Assembly: GCA_030704615.1 (NCBI GenBank)
Contig: CM060731.1
Location: 83,452,001-83,516,000, forward strand
Reading direction: 5' to 3'
From: Takakia lepidozioides
Taxonomy: Eukaryota; Plantae; Bryophyta
DNA length: 64,000 bases
Each line of letters begins with the position of its first letter. Position 1 is the first letter of the stretch. Both the position numbers and the translations under genes were made by a program. The notes beneath the pieces are model-generated. The model was not told where the DNA came from, ran no database searches, and saw only the letters and a program-made list of their open reading frames with translations. Below are positions 1 to 11,277 of the stretch, one piece after another.

Positions 1-555
1 AATCTGTGGCTAAGTAGGGGTGGAGTACTTCCCAACGAGGAGTAAGAGCGCCACTGCGAATTTAACAGAATCATAAATTTCTGAGCAGAGCGATCACTGC
101 ATTGTCGACTGCCAGAGAGGAATCTGTCTATCTGCCAATGTGCATCCCAAAAGCCAGCCATCACGAGTACCATGTAGCCGCAAGGGAGCAGGTTTACACG
201 GCGCATCATCAAGGATCATAGAAGCACGAGTTCTGTGCTGTGAAATATGTCGGCCCGTTTAGGGCACAACTTCCCGATTTCTCATCCAGGGTGGATGAAA
301 AATCACATTTTAAAGAGATGCACTTTGTTAATGGATGATATCCCATGAAAAGGTATCTTAGGGTTACGGTATAGGCTTAGGTTTAGTAACTGCCATCATT
401 TATGATGGTACAAATTACTACCTCTTGGATTTTTAGAATAGGTCACCATTATTCATGTATTTCATCCAGTTTAGATGAAAGAAGCAAATAGTAAGTATCA
501 AGGCCAAATGAAATCCAAAAAGTTATAGAGGGAGAGGGAGAGAGGGAGAGAGAGG
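1..555 (+). repeat. Fragment of Ty3 LTR-region sequence, near-identical to ~14213-14770, ending in a (GA)n tract
   Basis: Direct alignment by eye with 14213-14770 shows only about 4 transitions. The match stops at the GA microsatellite where the Penelope-like element begins. Confidence 0.85.
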
Positions 556-867
556 GACCCACCAGTCAATCCCCTGGCATGGCCGAACCTTACGGAATGA
601 GTGTGGTATGCACTCACCCCGTAAGGGAGTGCATACCAGACCTCTTCTCATAAGGTTTTCCCTCTTCCATGTAGTTCTATCATCGGATTATATTATCCAA
701 GGGAGTAGAATCCTACATCCTCATTTCCTCGGCTCATGAATGAAGCATTAGTATAAAAATGTGGCATAGCAAAACTAGTATAGTATTACTAGCAAAGAAC
801 ATAGAGTTCAATGGTATACTTAGCTCTGGATAGGTTTTTGGAAAATACCTTTCAGTTTCTCAATAAG

Positions 868-2324
868 CTAATGTACAGGGAAGAACATGCCAGGGAATGA
901 GCCTCGTTCAAGGAACCTTGTCAAGATACGAGCAAGTTTCCTGGTCTTGAAACCATTCCTCCCAGGAGTGTTAATCAGAATGCTACATTCCTTCCAAGCC
1001 AAAACAACATTGCTGGAAATGTATAGAATAGGCACAGCTTGTGAAATCACAATGTTGTAGGATTGATTCACAGGCCTATTGGATAAGAACTGGATATATT
1101 GAGTGTAAGAGAAAGGAAGTAGTCTTCTCTTGTCATATTTCTGGAAATAGAACTCACCTGTGTCACTGTTTGAGACTGTAATCTGGATATTCATGAAACA
1201 AACTTCCAACCCCACGTATTGGGAATCGGTTTTGGTATATAGTAGCTCAGGTTTGATCTCCACTACATTGAGTGGGTAGATCCACCAAGGGTTGTTGCTG
1301 CTTCTGTCTGCCCTTGGGTCCAGGAACAACATTGCATCACCCACATTCAGCCAGCATATATCATCAATGTATCTGAAGGCAGATTTAAACAAAGGCATGA
1401 GCTGGAATTGTCCCAAAGCTGCAAGCCTTAAGATGAATTTGATCTCGTAAGAAAGGAAGTACATGTTGCACCATAATGGTGAGCATGAAAAACCCATAGG
1501 TATTCCAGAAATCTGCTGCCACACACGGTCCCCTAAGGCAACAAAATAGTGTGACATAAGCCATTTGTGGAGCATAAGTAACTTGGCTTCAGAAAGCTCA
1601 ATCCAAGTACCTGATTTCGGGGAGGACATGCCCCACCTACTTTTCCGGAAGGTACCGTTTTTGGCTGGAATCCATAGAGTATGACGTGCCCGGGGGTGAG
1701 ACCTATGGTGTTGCTGGAATGCAATCTTCACCACGTATTCAATGGCGTCCCCTAAGTTATCATGACCTGTCAAAGGTATGTTCTCATAGCATTGTGTAAT
1801 GTCAGCCACAAAGATGTTATGGACTTTTGCAGGCAGGTTTAGTGTAAAGTCAGTGATGGAATCAATAATCCAATACATAGCAGTAGATACTTTGAAAAAT
1901 TGCTCATAAGTATCCAGCCTTGTTTTGGTCCATTCTTTTACCAATGGTAGAAGATCCATGGTAGTTCTTGTAAGGAGGCTAGCTAGTTCACTGAAAACAC
2001 ATTTGTGGGCATTGGTAATCCATCTGTATTTTTTCTTATGTAGCTTGTAGATTCCCATAATGTAAGGTAGTCTACAGGAGGGAACAGGTATCTCCGGAAT
2101 CAAACTCTATATTTCCACGGAAATGTTTCCTAGAACAAGGTCAGGTGGCAGCCATACCTCATCTTGCTTGCATGGTGTAAAGTCTTTACCCATCAATCTG
2201 TGGAATGCTTGGATTCTTACGTGCTTCACACACATAAAACATACATTGTTGTTAGCCTTGTCAAGACCAGAGAAATACAGGTGATTGAGAAGCCATGAAA
2301 GTTCGTCTTTTGCCTCTTTTACAG
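868..2324 (-). pseudogene. Penelope-like reverse transcriptase, core and C-terminal part
   Basis: Motifs DKANNNVCFMC, LPYIMGIYKLHK, ADITQCYENIP, QISGIPMGFSCSPLWCNMY, FRYIDDI, YDKR. In-frame TAG at ~2107-2109. Confidence 0.85.
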
Positions 2325-2769
2325 GAGGTTTGCTATTTCATGAGCATGAGCGGCATGAGCGGCATGAGCAGAGTAGTAACACAATCGGTTTTCATGAGCA
2401 GAAGTACAAATTTCGAAAATAAAAAACAATAAAAAACAATAATTTAATGCAATGTGTCAGGAAAAACAAATATATTAATCGGCCCCTTGAAGGGAAAATT
2501 GCACTTTTGACAGTTGTGCTCATGATATTTCGTCTTCCGCTCATGCCAATTCCCAGCGACATGTGCAAATATGGCGCCGAATTTCGCGGTAATAGTGTCC
2601 GTAACCTGAAAAACGGCGACGTATTTCGCGGTAATAGGTCTCTCTGGCGAAAAATGGGAACGAATTCCGCGGCTATAGGTCCCCTCATGACAGGTAATTC
2701 GGCGCCATTTTTCCAGTGCATGTTCGGACTTAGCCAGTTCGGACTTAGCATGTTCAGACGTGCAACTCA

Positions 2770-4858
2770 CCTCCCGCATATAGTCGCCGAACTGGAGGAA
2801 ACGATAATGCCACCATGCTAGCCAACTGACCATTGCTCCCTCGTCTGATTTCCTTACAACACCTGACGATGTCCACCAAGCCCGTATGCATGCAAACTGT
2901 GTCTCTGCATCATCCAAGGTAGGAGCGCGCTTCCACGCAAGGCACATGGAACGGTGCTCCTCTCTGAAATCTGGCGCCACGAGCCTGGTTGTGTACTGCG
3001 AAAGGCTTTGCAGAAAATGGAACCCACAAGATCTCTCCTTGCCTTCCATGGGAACATTGGGGTCTTGCCCGTACACCCTTTGGATGGCAGCCCAATTTGC
3101 TTGTGCGTTGTCTGCCATGAAACCACGGAAATTCGGAGGGGGCAATCCCGCCTTGGCCATCTGTTCGTTTATTCCCTGCCAAAGAAGCATCTCCGATTGT
3201 GTGTCCTCTCCTTTCATCTCACAAATAGCAATTGTCATTAGCATCCTGCAGTGGGTGTCGTAGACATGTGCACCCATTGTCACCCACTGGTGATTTGTAA
3301 TTCACTTGATATGGTCGAACATGACCAAACTGTTTGACAAGTTCCTACTCGTCATCCTGTCAACCAGTTCGACGCCGCTGCCAGGTCCACACGTGGACAT
3401 TTTGAATACGAAACAACGATCTGCCTCAGTCCATTGTCCTGGAAACCTACTTCCATGAATGTAGTCATATCCACATCGTCGCTTCACCTCCAGAATGGAG
3501 TGCATATCCGAGCCACGCCCAATTTTCTGTTTGCATGAGACAATGTGGTTTCGGACATTCGGTGAACATACGTGGGACACCGACTTCAGCAATGCCTCCA
3601 TTTCCTTCTCGTCGAGAGGAACTCTATCGGAGCCGTCTTCCGACATAATTCTGGCCAATGCCATCTTATGGGCGGCTTGGAGCTGTATCTGTTTGGGTTT
3701 GGCACCCGATCTCAACTTAACCTCCTCCTGAACGAGCTGCTCTGCTTCGTGGGCAGCCTCCCGCGAGTTCCCCCTCGCCAATTTGTGACAATGGGAACCA
3801 ACGTGTATGCAAGCTGGTGTGAGGTCAGGGAAACGGTGCAACACATAGAACTGCTTGGCATTACAAACAGACATGCAGTGTGGTGGTTCTTTGCAATGCG
3901 CACACTTAAATGTGGAGTTCGGAACCTTCTCCTGAGCTCGAAATGGTTGATGAGCTGTGCCTGTCCAATCGGTCTCGTTCCTGTGACCTCTGGATTTAAA
4001 GTGGAAGCAAGTTGGGGAGAAACACCGCAACGCGCCCGCACAAACAACGTAGCGCACCCGCACACCATCGAGCATCTTCATGCTGGTGGTTTTGGTAACG
4101 CACCAAGGATGACCGTCATGTTTTCTATCCATATCTGTCAACATTCCGGACGCCCTCGAGTAGTCCGCCCGAGGAGGGAACTCAAAGAAGATATTACCGT
4201 CGACGTCGGCGGGAAGGCATGTAACCGATTTAATTGCGAACTTGCTGTAGTCCAGCCCGGCCAGCTCCGACCGGTGTCCCTCCAGGTGAAGCCCTCGCAG
4301 AATTTCAAGAATAGATCGAACTGCGGTGCTCGTGCTGGGAATATGACTCCCTCCTCCACTGACGTCCATTGAGGACTTGCCTGATCTCCAGGACGACCTC
4401 GGAACTTCCATGACCTCGTCTGAGTCGGACAGGTTGTGAACAACCCGGTTCTGGCTCGTCTTCATGGATGGGTTCGGCTCTGGATTTACTTCGTTGCGGA
4501 CTTCTCTCTTTGAGGTAGCCACTCTCTGATTCGCGGATTGTTTCGTGGAAGGCGCCAGGATAGAAGGTGCATTTGGCGGGCAAATGAAGTCCCCAACAGC
4601 CCTGTATATGACGCTGTCCAATGGTGGAACTCGCCATTCCCTGCCATCGCCGAAATCATCGTGGAGCACAACAATACTGTCGACAACAAGGCCGTTAGAG
4701 TCCTTCCTTTCCTCCTCCAAAAAAACCGACCCCGGTTTCAGGTGGTATCGAACGCACAGATATTTCTCCATCACCCGGCAGGTGTCCCCTCTGCACGGAA
4801 ATGAAGCTCTATGCTCGTGAGGAGGGCAGTACACTGTAGCGCTCGGGTTTTCCGCCAT
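2770..4858 (-). pseudogene. MULE transposase, 5' part (GCM/WRKY-like Zn-binding region and first two catalytic Asp regions), truncated at the intron donor
   Basis: Motifs DGHPWC..CAGALRCFSPTC..CAHC..C..HVGSHCH, VMFDH, FMADNAQA, SCGFHFLQ. In-frame TGA at 3302-3304 is CGA in copy B. Confidence 0.85.
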
Positions 4859-5149
4859 GGGAGATGTGCACACAAGACTCCCAGGATGGAGTGCGGGGAA
4901 GCTCCCTGGTAGAAGGGGGATGCAGCGATGGGAATGAATGCGATGCCGATTTGTCCGAGCGACGAAGCCTGATCCAAATCCAGGGAGCCAACTATCTCAA
5001 AAATCCACAGTCAGAGTGTTAATGAACCTTGTCTCCGGAATGCGGCCCCTGGTCTTTGCGCAATAACTGCCAACGGTATGCAGTCAGAAAGTGGGGGGCC
5101 GTCCGGATGATGACGGCTGAAGGGGAGAAGCCGGCACCGTGCCGTCACA

Positions 5150-6950
5150 TTACTACCCCCGAATGGAAATTCGGCACCCAATATCCAACAGGGGAAGCCC
5201 GGATGAAGTGTGCGACAGAGAATATCCCCTGGATGGAGATTCGGCGCCGAATTTCCATCCAGCAGGTAAAGGAAGTCGTGTCGGGGGGTCAGGCCGAAAA
5301 CTGGCCGGCATAAAAACATCCCCAGATGGAAAAACGGCGCCGAATTTCCATCCGGGGCGGTTCGGATGCAGTCGGGGAGGGGGGAGAGCCGACACTTGGC
5401 CGTCACATTTCAACCCCCGGACGGAAATTCGGCACCGAATATCGAACAGGGGACGCCCGGATGAAGTCGCCTCGGGCGTAGAGGTCGGCACGTGTTCGAC
5501 AGAGAGCATCCCTTGGATGGAGATTCGGCGCCGAATTTCCATCCGGGCCCCCCAAGGAAGTCTTGTCGGGGTGTCAGACTGAAAACTGGCCGACATAAAA
5601 ACCTCCCCAGATGGGAAAACGGCGCCGAATTTCAATCCGGGGCCATTCCAATGCGGTTGGGGAGGGGGGAGAGGTCGGCACCTGGCCGTCATATTTCAAC
5701 CGCCGGACGGAAATTCGGCACCGAATATCCAACAGAGCGGCGGAGAGGCCGGCACCTCTCCGACAGAGACCAGCCCCCGGATGGAAATTCGGCGCCGAAT
5801 TTCCACCCAGCAGGTAAGTGCAATCCCGGATGGATGGAAATTCGGCGCCGAATTTCCATCCAGCAGGTAAGTGAAATCCCGGATCGAACGAAATCCGGCG
5901 CCGCATATCCATCCTGCAGGTAATTCGAATCCCGGATGGATGGAAATTCGGCGCCGAATTTCCATCCAGCAGGTAAGTTGAATCCCGGATGGATGGAAAT
6001 CCGGCGCCGAATTTCCATCCAGCAGGTAAGTTGAATCCAGGATGGATGGAAATCCGGCGCCGAATTTCCATCCAGCAGGTAAGTGAAATCCCGGATCGAT
6101 CGAAATCCGGCGCCGCATATCCATCCTGCAGGTAATTCGAATCCCGGATGGATGGAAATTCGGCGCCGAATTTCCATCCAGCAGGTAAGTTGAATCCCGG
6201 ATGGATAGAAATCCGGCACCGAATTTCCATCTAGCTGGTAAGTCGGATCGCTGGCGTATGGATATTCGGCGCCGAATTTCCATTAGGCAGGTATTTCATC
6301 GTTGAGAATTACCTTCCTGCAGGTAATTCTCAGCGATGAATTACCTTCCTGCAGGTAATTCTTACCGACGAAGGTAGGAAGGTAATTCCTCGCTCAGAAT
6401 TACCTGCAGGAAGGTAATTCATCGCTGAGAATTACCTACAGGAAGGTAATTCATTGATCAGAATTACCTGCAGGAAGGTAATTCTCAGCGATGAAATACC
6501 TGCAGGATGGAAATTCGGCGCCGGATTTCGATCCATCCGGGATTCCAGTAACCTGCTAGATGGAAATGCGGCGCCGAATTTCCATCCATCCGGGATTCGA
6601 ATTACCTGCTGGACGGAAATTCGGCGCCGAATTTCCAATCATCCGGGATTCCACTTACCTGCTGGATGGAAATCCGGCACCGAATTTCCATCCATCTGGG
6701 ACTCGAATTACCTGCAGGATGGAAATTCGGCGCCGAATTTCCATCCATCCGGGTTTCGAATTACCTGCAGGATGGAAATTCGGCGCCGGATTTCCATCCA
6801 TCCGGGATTCGAATTACCTGCAGGATGGAAATTCGGCGCCGGATTTCCATCCATCCGGGATTCCACTTACCTGTAGGATGGAAATCCGGTGCCGGATCTC
6901 CATCCATCCGCTCTCCGACCAACCTTGCGGATGGAAATCCGGTGCCGAAT
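5150..6950. repeat. Array of palindromic units (GGATGGAAATTCGGCGCCGAATTTCCATCC, ~56-bp period in 5790-6240), arranged as a large inverted repeat around 6290-6500
   Basis: A perfect 30-bp palindrome occurs e.g. at 5938-5967. Linker orientation flips between 5790-6240 and 6500-6900. Confidence 0.9.
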
Positions 6951-7156
6951 TTCCATCCATCCGCTCTTCGAATTACCTGCATGACGGAAATTTGCGCGCC
7001 GACCTAGCTGGCGGATGGAAATCCGGCGCCGGATTTTTATCCATCCGCTCTTGGAATTACCTGCATGACTGGAAAAATGGCGCCGAATTTCCGATTTTGG
7101 TGCAAGTCAGATCTGGGACTTAGCCATTTTCGGCCCCGAAATGGAAAAATGGCGCC

Positions 7157-7188
<32 letters not shown>

Positions 7189-7528
7189 GCCATTTTTCCA
7201 TGTCGGGGCCGAAAACGGCTAAGTCCCAGATCTGACTGGCACCCAAAATCGGAAATTCGGCGCCATTTTTCCAGTCATGCAGGTAATTCCAAGAGCGGAT
7301 GGATGGAAATCCGGCGCCGGATTTTCATCCATCCGCTCTTCGAATTACCTGCGCGACGGAAATTTTGCGCGCCGACTTACCTGTGGATGGAAATCCGGCG
7401 CCGGATTTCCATCCATCCGCTCTTGGAATTACCTGCATGACTGGAAAAATGGCGCCGAATTTCCGATTTTGGTGCAAGTCAGATCTGGGACTTAGCCATT
7501 TACGGCCCCGAAATGGAAAAAAGGCGCC

Positions 7529-7571
<43 letters not shown>

Positions 7572-8282
7572 GCCATTTTTCCATGTCGGGGCCGAAAACG
7601 GCTAAGTCCCAATCTGACTGGCACCCAAAATCGGAAATTCGGCGCCATTTTTCCAGTCATGCAGGTAATTCCAAGAGCGGATGGATGGAAATCCGGCGCT
7701 GGATTTTCATCCATCCGCTCTTCGAATTACCTGCATGACGGAAATTTTGCGCGCCGACTTACCTGGTGGATGGAAATCCGTTGCCGGATTTCCATCCATC
7801 CGCTCTTGGAATTACCTGCATGACTGGAAAAATGGCGCCGAATTTCCGATTTTGGTGCAAGTCAGATCTGGGACTTAGCCATTTACGGCCCCGAAATGGA
7901 AAAATGGTGCCAAAAAAAAAAAAAAAAAAAAAAAACGCCATTTTTCCATGTCGGGGCCGAAAACGGCTAAGTGCCACATCTGACTGACTGGCACCCAAAA
8001 TCGGAAATTCGGCGCCATTTTTCCAGTCATGCAGGTAATTCGAAGAGCGGATGGATGGAAATCCGGCGCCGGATTTCCATCCATCCGCTCTTCGAATTAC
8101 CTGCATGACGGAAATTTTGCGCGCCGACTTACCTGGTGGATGGAAATCCGGCTCTGGATTTCCATCCATCCGCTCTTGGAATTACCTGCATGACTGGAAA
8201 AATGGCGCCGAATTTCCGATTTTGGTGCCAGTCGGATCTGGGACTTAGCCATTTTCGGCAACGAAATGGAAAAATGTCGCCG

Positions 8283-8319
<37 letters not shown>

Positions 8320-8660
8320 GCCATTTTTCTTGTTGGGGCCGAAAACGGCTAAGTCCCAGATCTGACTGGCACCCAAAATCGGAAATTCGGCGTCATTTTT
8401 CCAGTCATGCAGGTAATTCGAAGAGCGGATGGATGGAAATCCGGCGCCGGATTTTCATCCATCCGCTCTTCGAATTACCTGCATGACGGAAATTTTGCGC
8501 GCCGACTTACCTGGTGGATGGAAATCCGGCTCCGGATTTCCATCCATCCGCTCTTGGAATTACCTGCATGACTGGAAAAATGGCGCCGAATTTCCGATTT
8601 TGGTGCAAGTCAGATCTGGGACTTAGCCATTTTCGGCAACGAAATGGAAAAATGTCGCCG

Positions 8661-8698
<38 letters not shown>

Positions 8699-9203
8699 GC
8701 CATTTTTCTTGTTGGGGGCCGAAAACGGCTAAGTCCCAGATCTGACTGGCACCCAAAATCGGAAATTCGGCGCCATTTTTCTAGTCATGCAGGTAATTCG
8801 AAGAGCGGATGGATGGAAATCCGGCGCCGGATTTTCATCCATCCGCTCTTCGAATTACCTGCATGACGGAAATTTTGCGCGCCGACCTAGCTGGCGGATG
8901 GTAATCCGGCGCCGGATTTCCATCCATCCGCTCTTGGAATTACCTGCATGACTGGAAAAATGGCGCCGAATTTTCGATTTTGGTGCCAGTCAGATCTGGG
9001 ACTTAGCCATTTTCGGCCCCGAAATGGAAAAATGGCGCCGAAAATAAAATAAACGCCATTTTTCCAGTTCGGGGCCGAAAACGGCTAAGTCCCAAATCTG
9101 ACTGGCACCCAAAATCGGAAATTCGGCCCCATTTTTCCATTTCTGGGCCCAGTCGGATCTGGGACTTAGCCATTTTCGGCCCCGAACTGGATAAATCGCG
9201 CCG

Positions 9204-9261
<58 letters not shown>

Positions 9262-9400
9262 GATATTTTTCCAGTTCCGGGCCGAAAACGGCTAAGTCCC
9301 TGATCTGACTGGCACCCAAAATCGGAAATTCGGCGCCATTTTTCCAGTTCTGGGCCCAGTCAGATCTGGGACTTAGCCATTTCGGCCCCGAACAGGAAAA
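6950..9400 (+). repeat. Higher-order tandem repeat (~350-420 bp) with GGCGCC palindromes, GGACTTAGCC/GGCTAAGTCC inverted motifs and poly(A) tracts
   Basis: Poly(A) tracts recur at ~7158, 7530, 7912, 8283, 8661 and 9204 with near-identical flanks. Confidence 0.9.
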
Positions 9401-10382
9401 ATGGAAGTTGAAGACTCCCACAAGCTGAAACCATACTCCACACATGCACCACTTGCTTCCTTAACACCCGAGCTCTTCTTGAACTCCTCAAACCCTGCAA
9501 CACTTGCAGAACAAGAGCTTCTTCACAAGCTCTCAAACTTTCAATGATGCTCTTCTTGAAGACCTCCTCTTGTACATAAACACCACAAGACTTTCTTCTT
9601 GCAAACCCTGCAACAGCTTGTAACTTAAGAGCTATCTATCAAGCTCTTTTCCACACACAAGTGTTAACTATGCTAACACCTTGCACTTATAGATGTAAGC
9701 AGGTCTTCTTCTAGTGATACGGAAATGGTGAAAAGAGGAGAAACCATTCTATCACGTTATATAAATCAAGCCAATGGCACCTTTGCTAAAAGACTCCACC
9801 ATACAGACCTCACCCACTCTCCATCTCAAGTACTAGAGCGAGTTCAATTGGCTCAACTTTTGTTTGACCACATGTTTTTGAAAGCAGAGGCATAGCCAGT
9901 GGGTACTTTCAGGGCCGAAAATGGCTAAGTCCCTAGAGTGGCTGGCACCAAAATCGGAAATTCGGCGCCATTTTGCCAGTTCCGGGCCCAGTCAGATCTG
10001 GGACTTAGCCATTTTAGGCCCCGAACTGGTAAAATGGCACCGAAAAAAAAAAAAAAAAAAAAAACGCCATTGTTCTAGTTCGGGGCCGAAAATGGCTAAG
10101 TCCCAGATCTGACTGGCACCAAAATCGGAAATTCGGCGCCATTTTTCCAGTTCCGGGCCTAGTCAGATCTGGGACTTAGCCATTTTCGGCAAGTAAATGC
10201 AATAAAATGTTGCATTTCAAGTCCACTGGTGCCACATTCCAACTTCACATGACCCTATTTCCGTGCCTCCTAACCCTATTTCCGTGGACTTACAATGGTC
10301 TGCTCATGTTTTTTTTTTTTCCGCTCATGCTCATGCCGCTCATGCTCATGCCGCTCATGAAATAGCAGCCCCCCTTTTACAG

Positions 10383-11100
10383 TAAGAGGATTGCGCTAAT
10401 GGTGAGTGAAGTCATACCTTCTTCTGCCGGCTTTTTGTTTCAGTCTATCCCAGCATGTGTTTTTTACCCATTGGTTGCAGGTTGCAGCCCAAGATTCACA
10501 TGGGTCTACATGCAAAATTTCACAGGTTCTGTGGAAAGCCAAAGACACTTGTTCAACAACGTCTTTTAGTAAAGTACGTTTGAGAGGGATGTGATTCATA
10601 CCTAGGCTGAATATTTCTTTCAGCCTTGCGTGTTTAATAATATTCAGGTCCATGGTACGTACGTGTTGCGTAGGTGTAGAACCAGATAGATGGAATTCTG
10701 ATTTTGTATCCACATCCCGAAAATCATGAAACCTCTTGGCACTGTCACATAGACAATCTGGTGAGTGAATCAAGTCTTGCATAAAGCAAAAATCATGGAA
10801 AACAACAGCAGGCTGATAGTATTCAGAACTGCTTTGTTTATGATATGTCCATCCAAAAACTATCTCATCGATGAGAATAGCTAAGTCATTTTGCCCAAAT
10901 TCCAGAAAGGCTTATTTTATCAGGTTCTTAGGGTGTATCCACTCCATACCACGGTTTGGGTATAACATATGAATGAATCCCAAGGGAGCAGGTTTTGCTG
11001 CCTGTTTTATGAATTTCCTGCCATGGGCATGAGTTTCAATTTGTCTGCAACCATCCTCAAAGACATATAACGCATCTGCACATACATAGTAGAGGAACAT
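10383..11100 (-). pseudogene. Penelope-like RT ORF, N-terminal part
   Basis: HVRTMDLNIIKHARLKEIFSLGMNHIP resembles the PLE pre-RT motif. It is one continuous frame with in-frame TAA (10912) and TAG (10396), and it joins the 868-2324 part through the TSD. Confidence 0.75.
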
Positions 11101-11277
11101 ACCAAAAAATGAGATTTTTACAGATCATTCCATGATCCAAAGTCTCGTTTGTGTATTGGGGAGAACTCGTCAGTGATACGACGAGTCTTGTATGACTCCT
11201 GGCTGGCGATGTTGATGGTGGTACTGGAATTAGCACCCGAACCCCCAGTTGAGGACCGATTCGTTGCTCTTGAATTC

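Larger units (their letters stand above)
2325..10373 (-). mobile_element. Mutator-like DNA transposon (MULE) copy A, internally deleted
   Basis: Imperfect TIRs GAGGTTTGCTATTTCATGAGC.. and ..GCTCATGAAATAGCAGCCCCC with ATGAGCGGC sub-repeats. 9-bp TSD CTTTTACAG at 2316-2324 and 10374-10382. Confidence 0.9.

Noticed and set aside
660-740. SECIS element in the PLE 3' UTR
   Set aside because: The in-frame stops in the RT ORF are TAG/TAA rather than TGA, land plants lack selenocysteine machinery, and no clear SECIS core geometry is present.
868-2103. Group II intron, retron or telomerase RT
   Set aside because: The GIPMG/RYIDD, DKAxNN and YDKR motifs fit Penelope-like RT. No intron RNA domains, msr-msd or TERT-specific motifs were seen.
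5011-10112. Many ORFs containing MEIRRRISI, WKFGAEFP or poly-K/F (also 44172-44871 and 48165-49552)
   Set aside because: These are translations of palindromic repeats and poly(A) tracts, open on both strands and in several frames.
5150-10200. CRISPR-like array of palindromic repeats
   Set aside because: The linkers are themselves repeated rather than unique spacers, no cas genes are present, and the context is a eukaryotic transposon.
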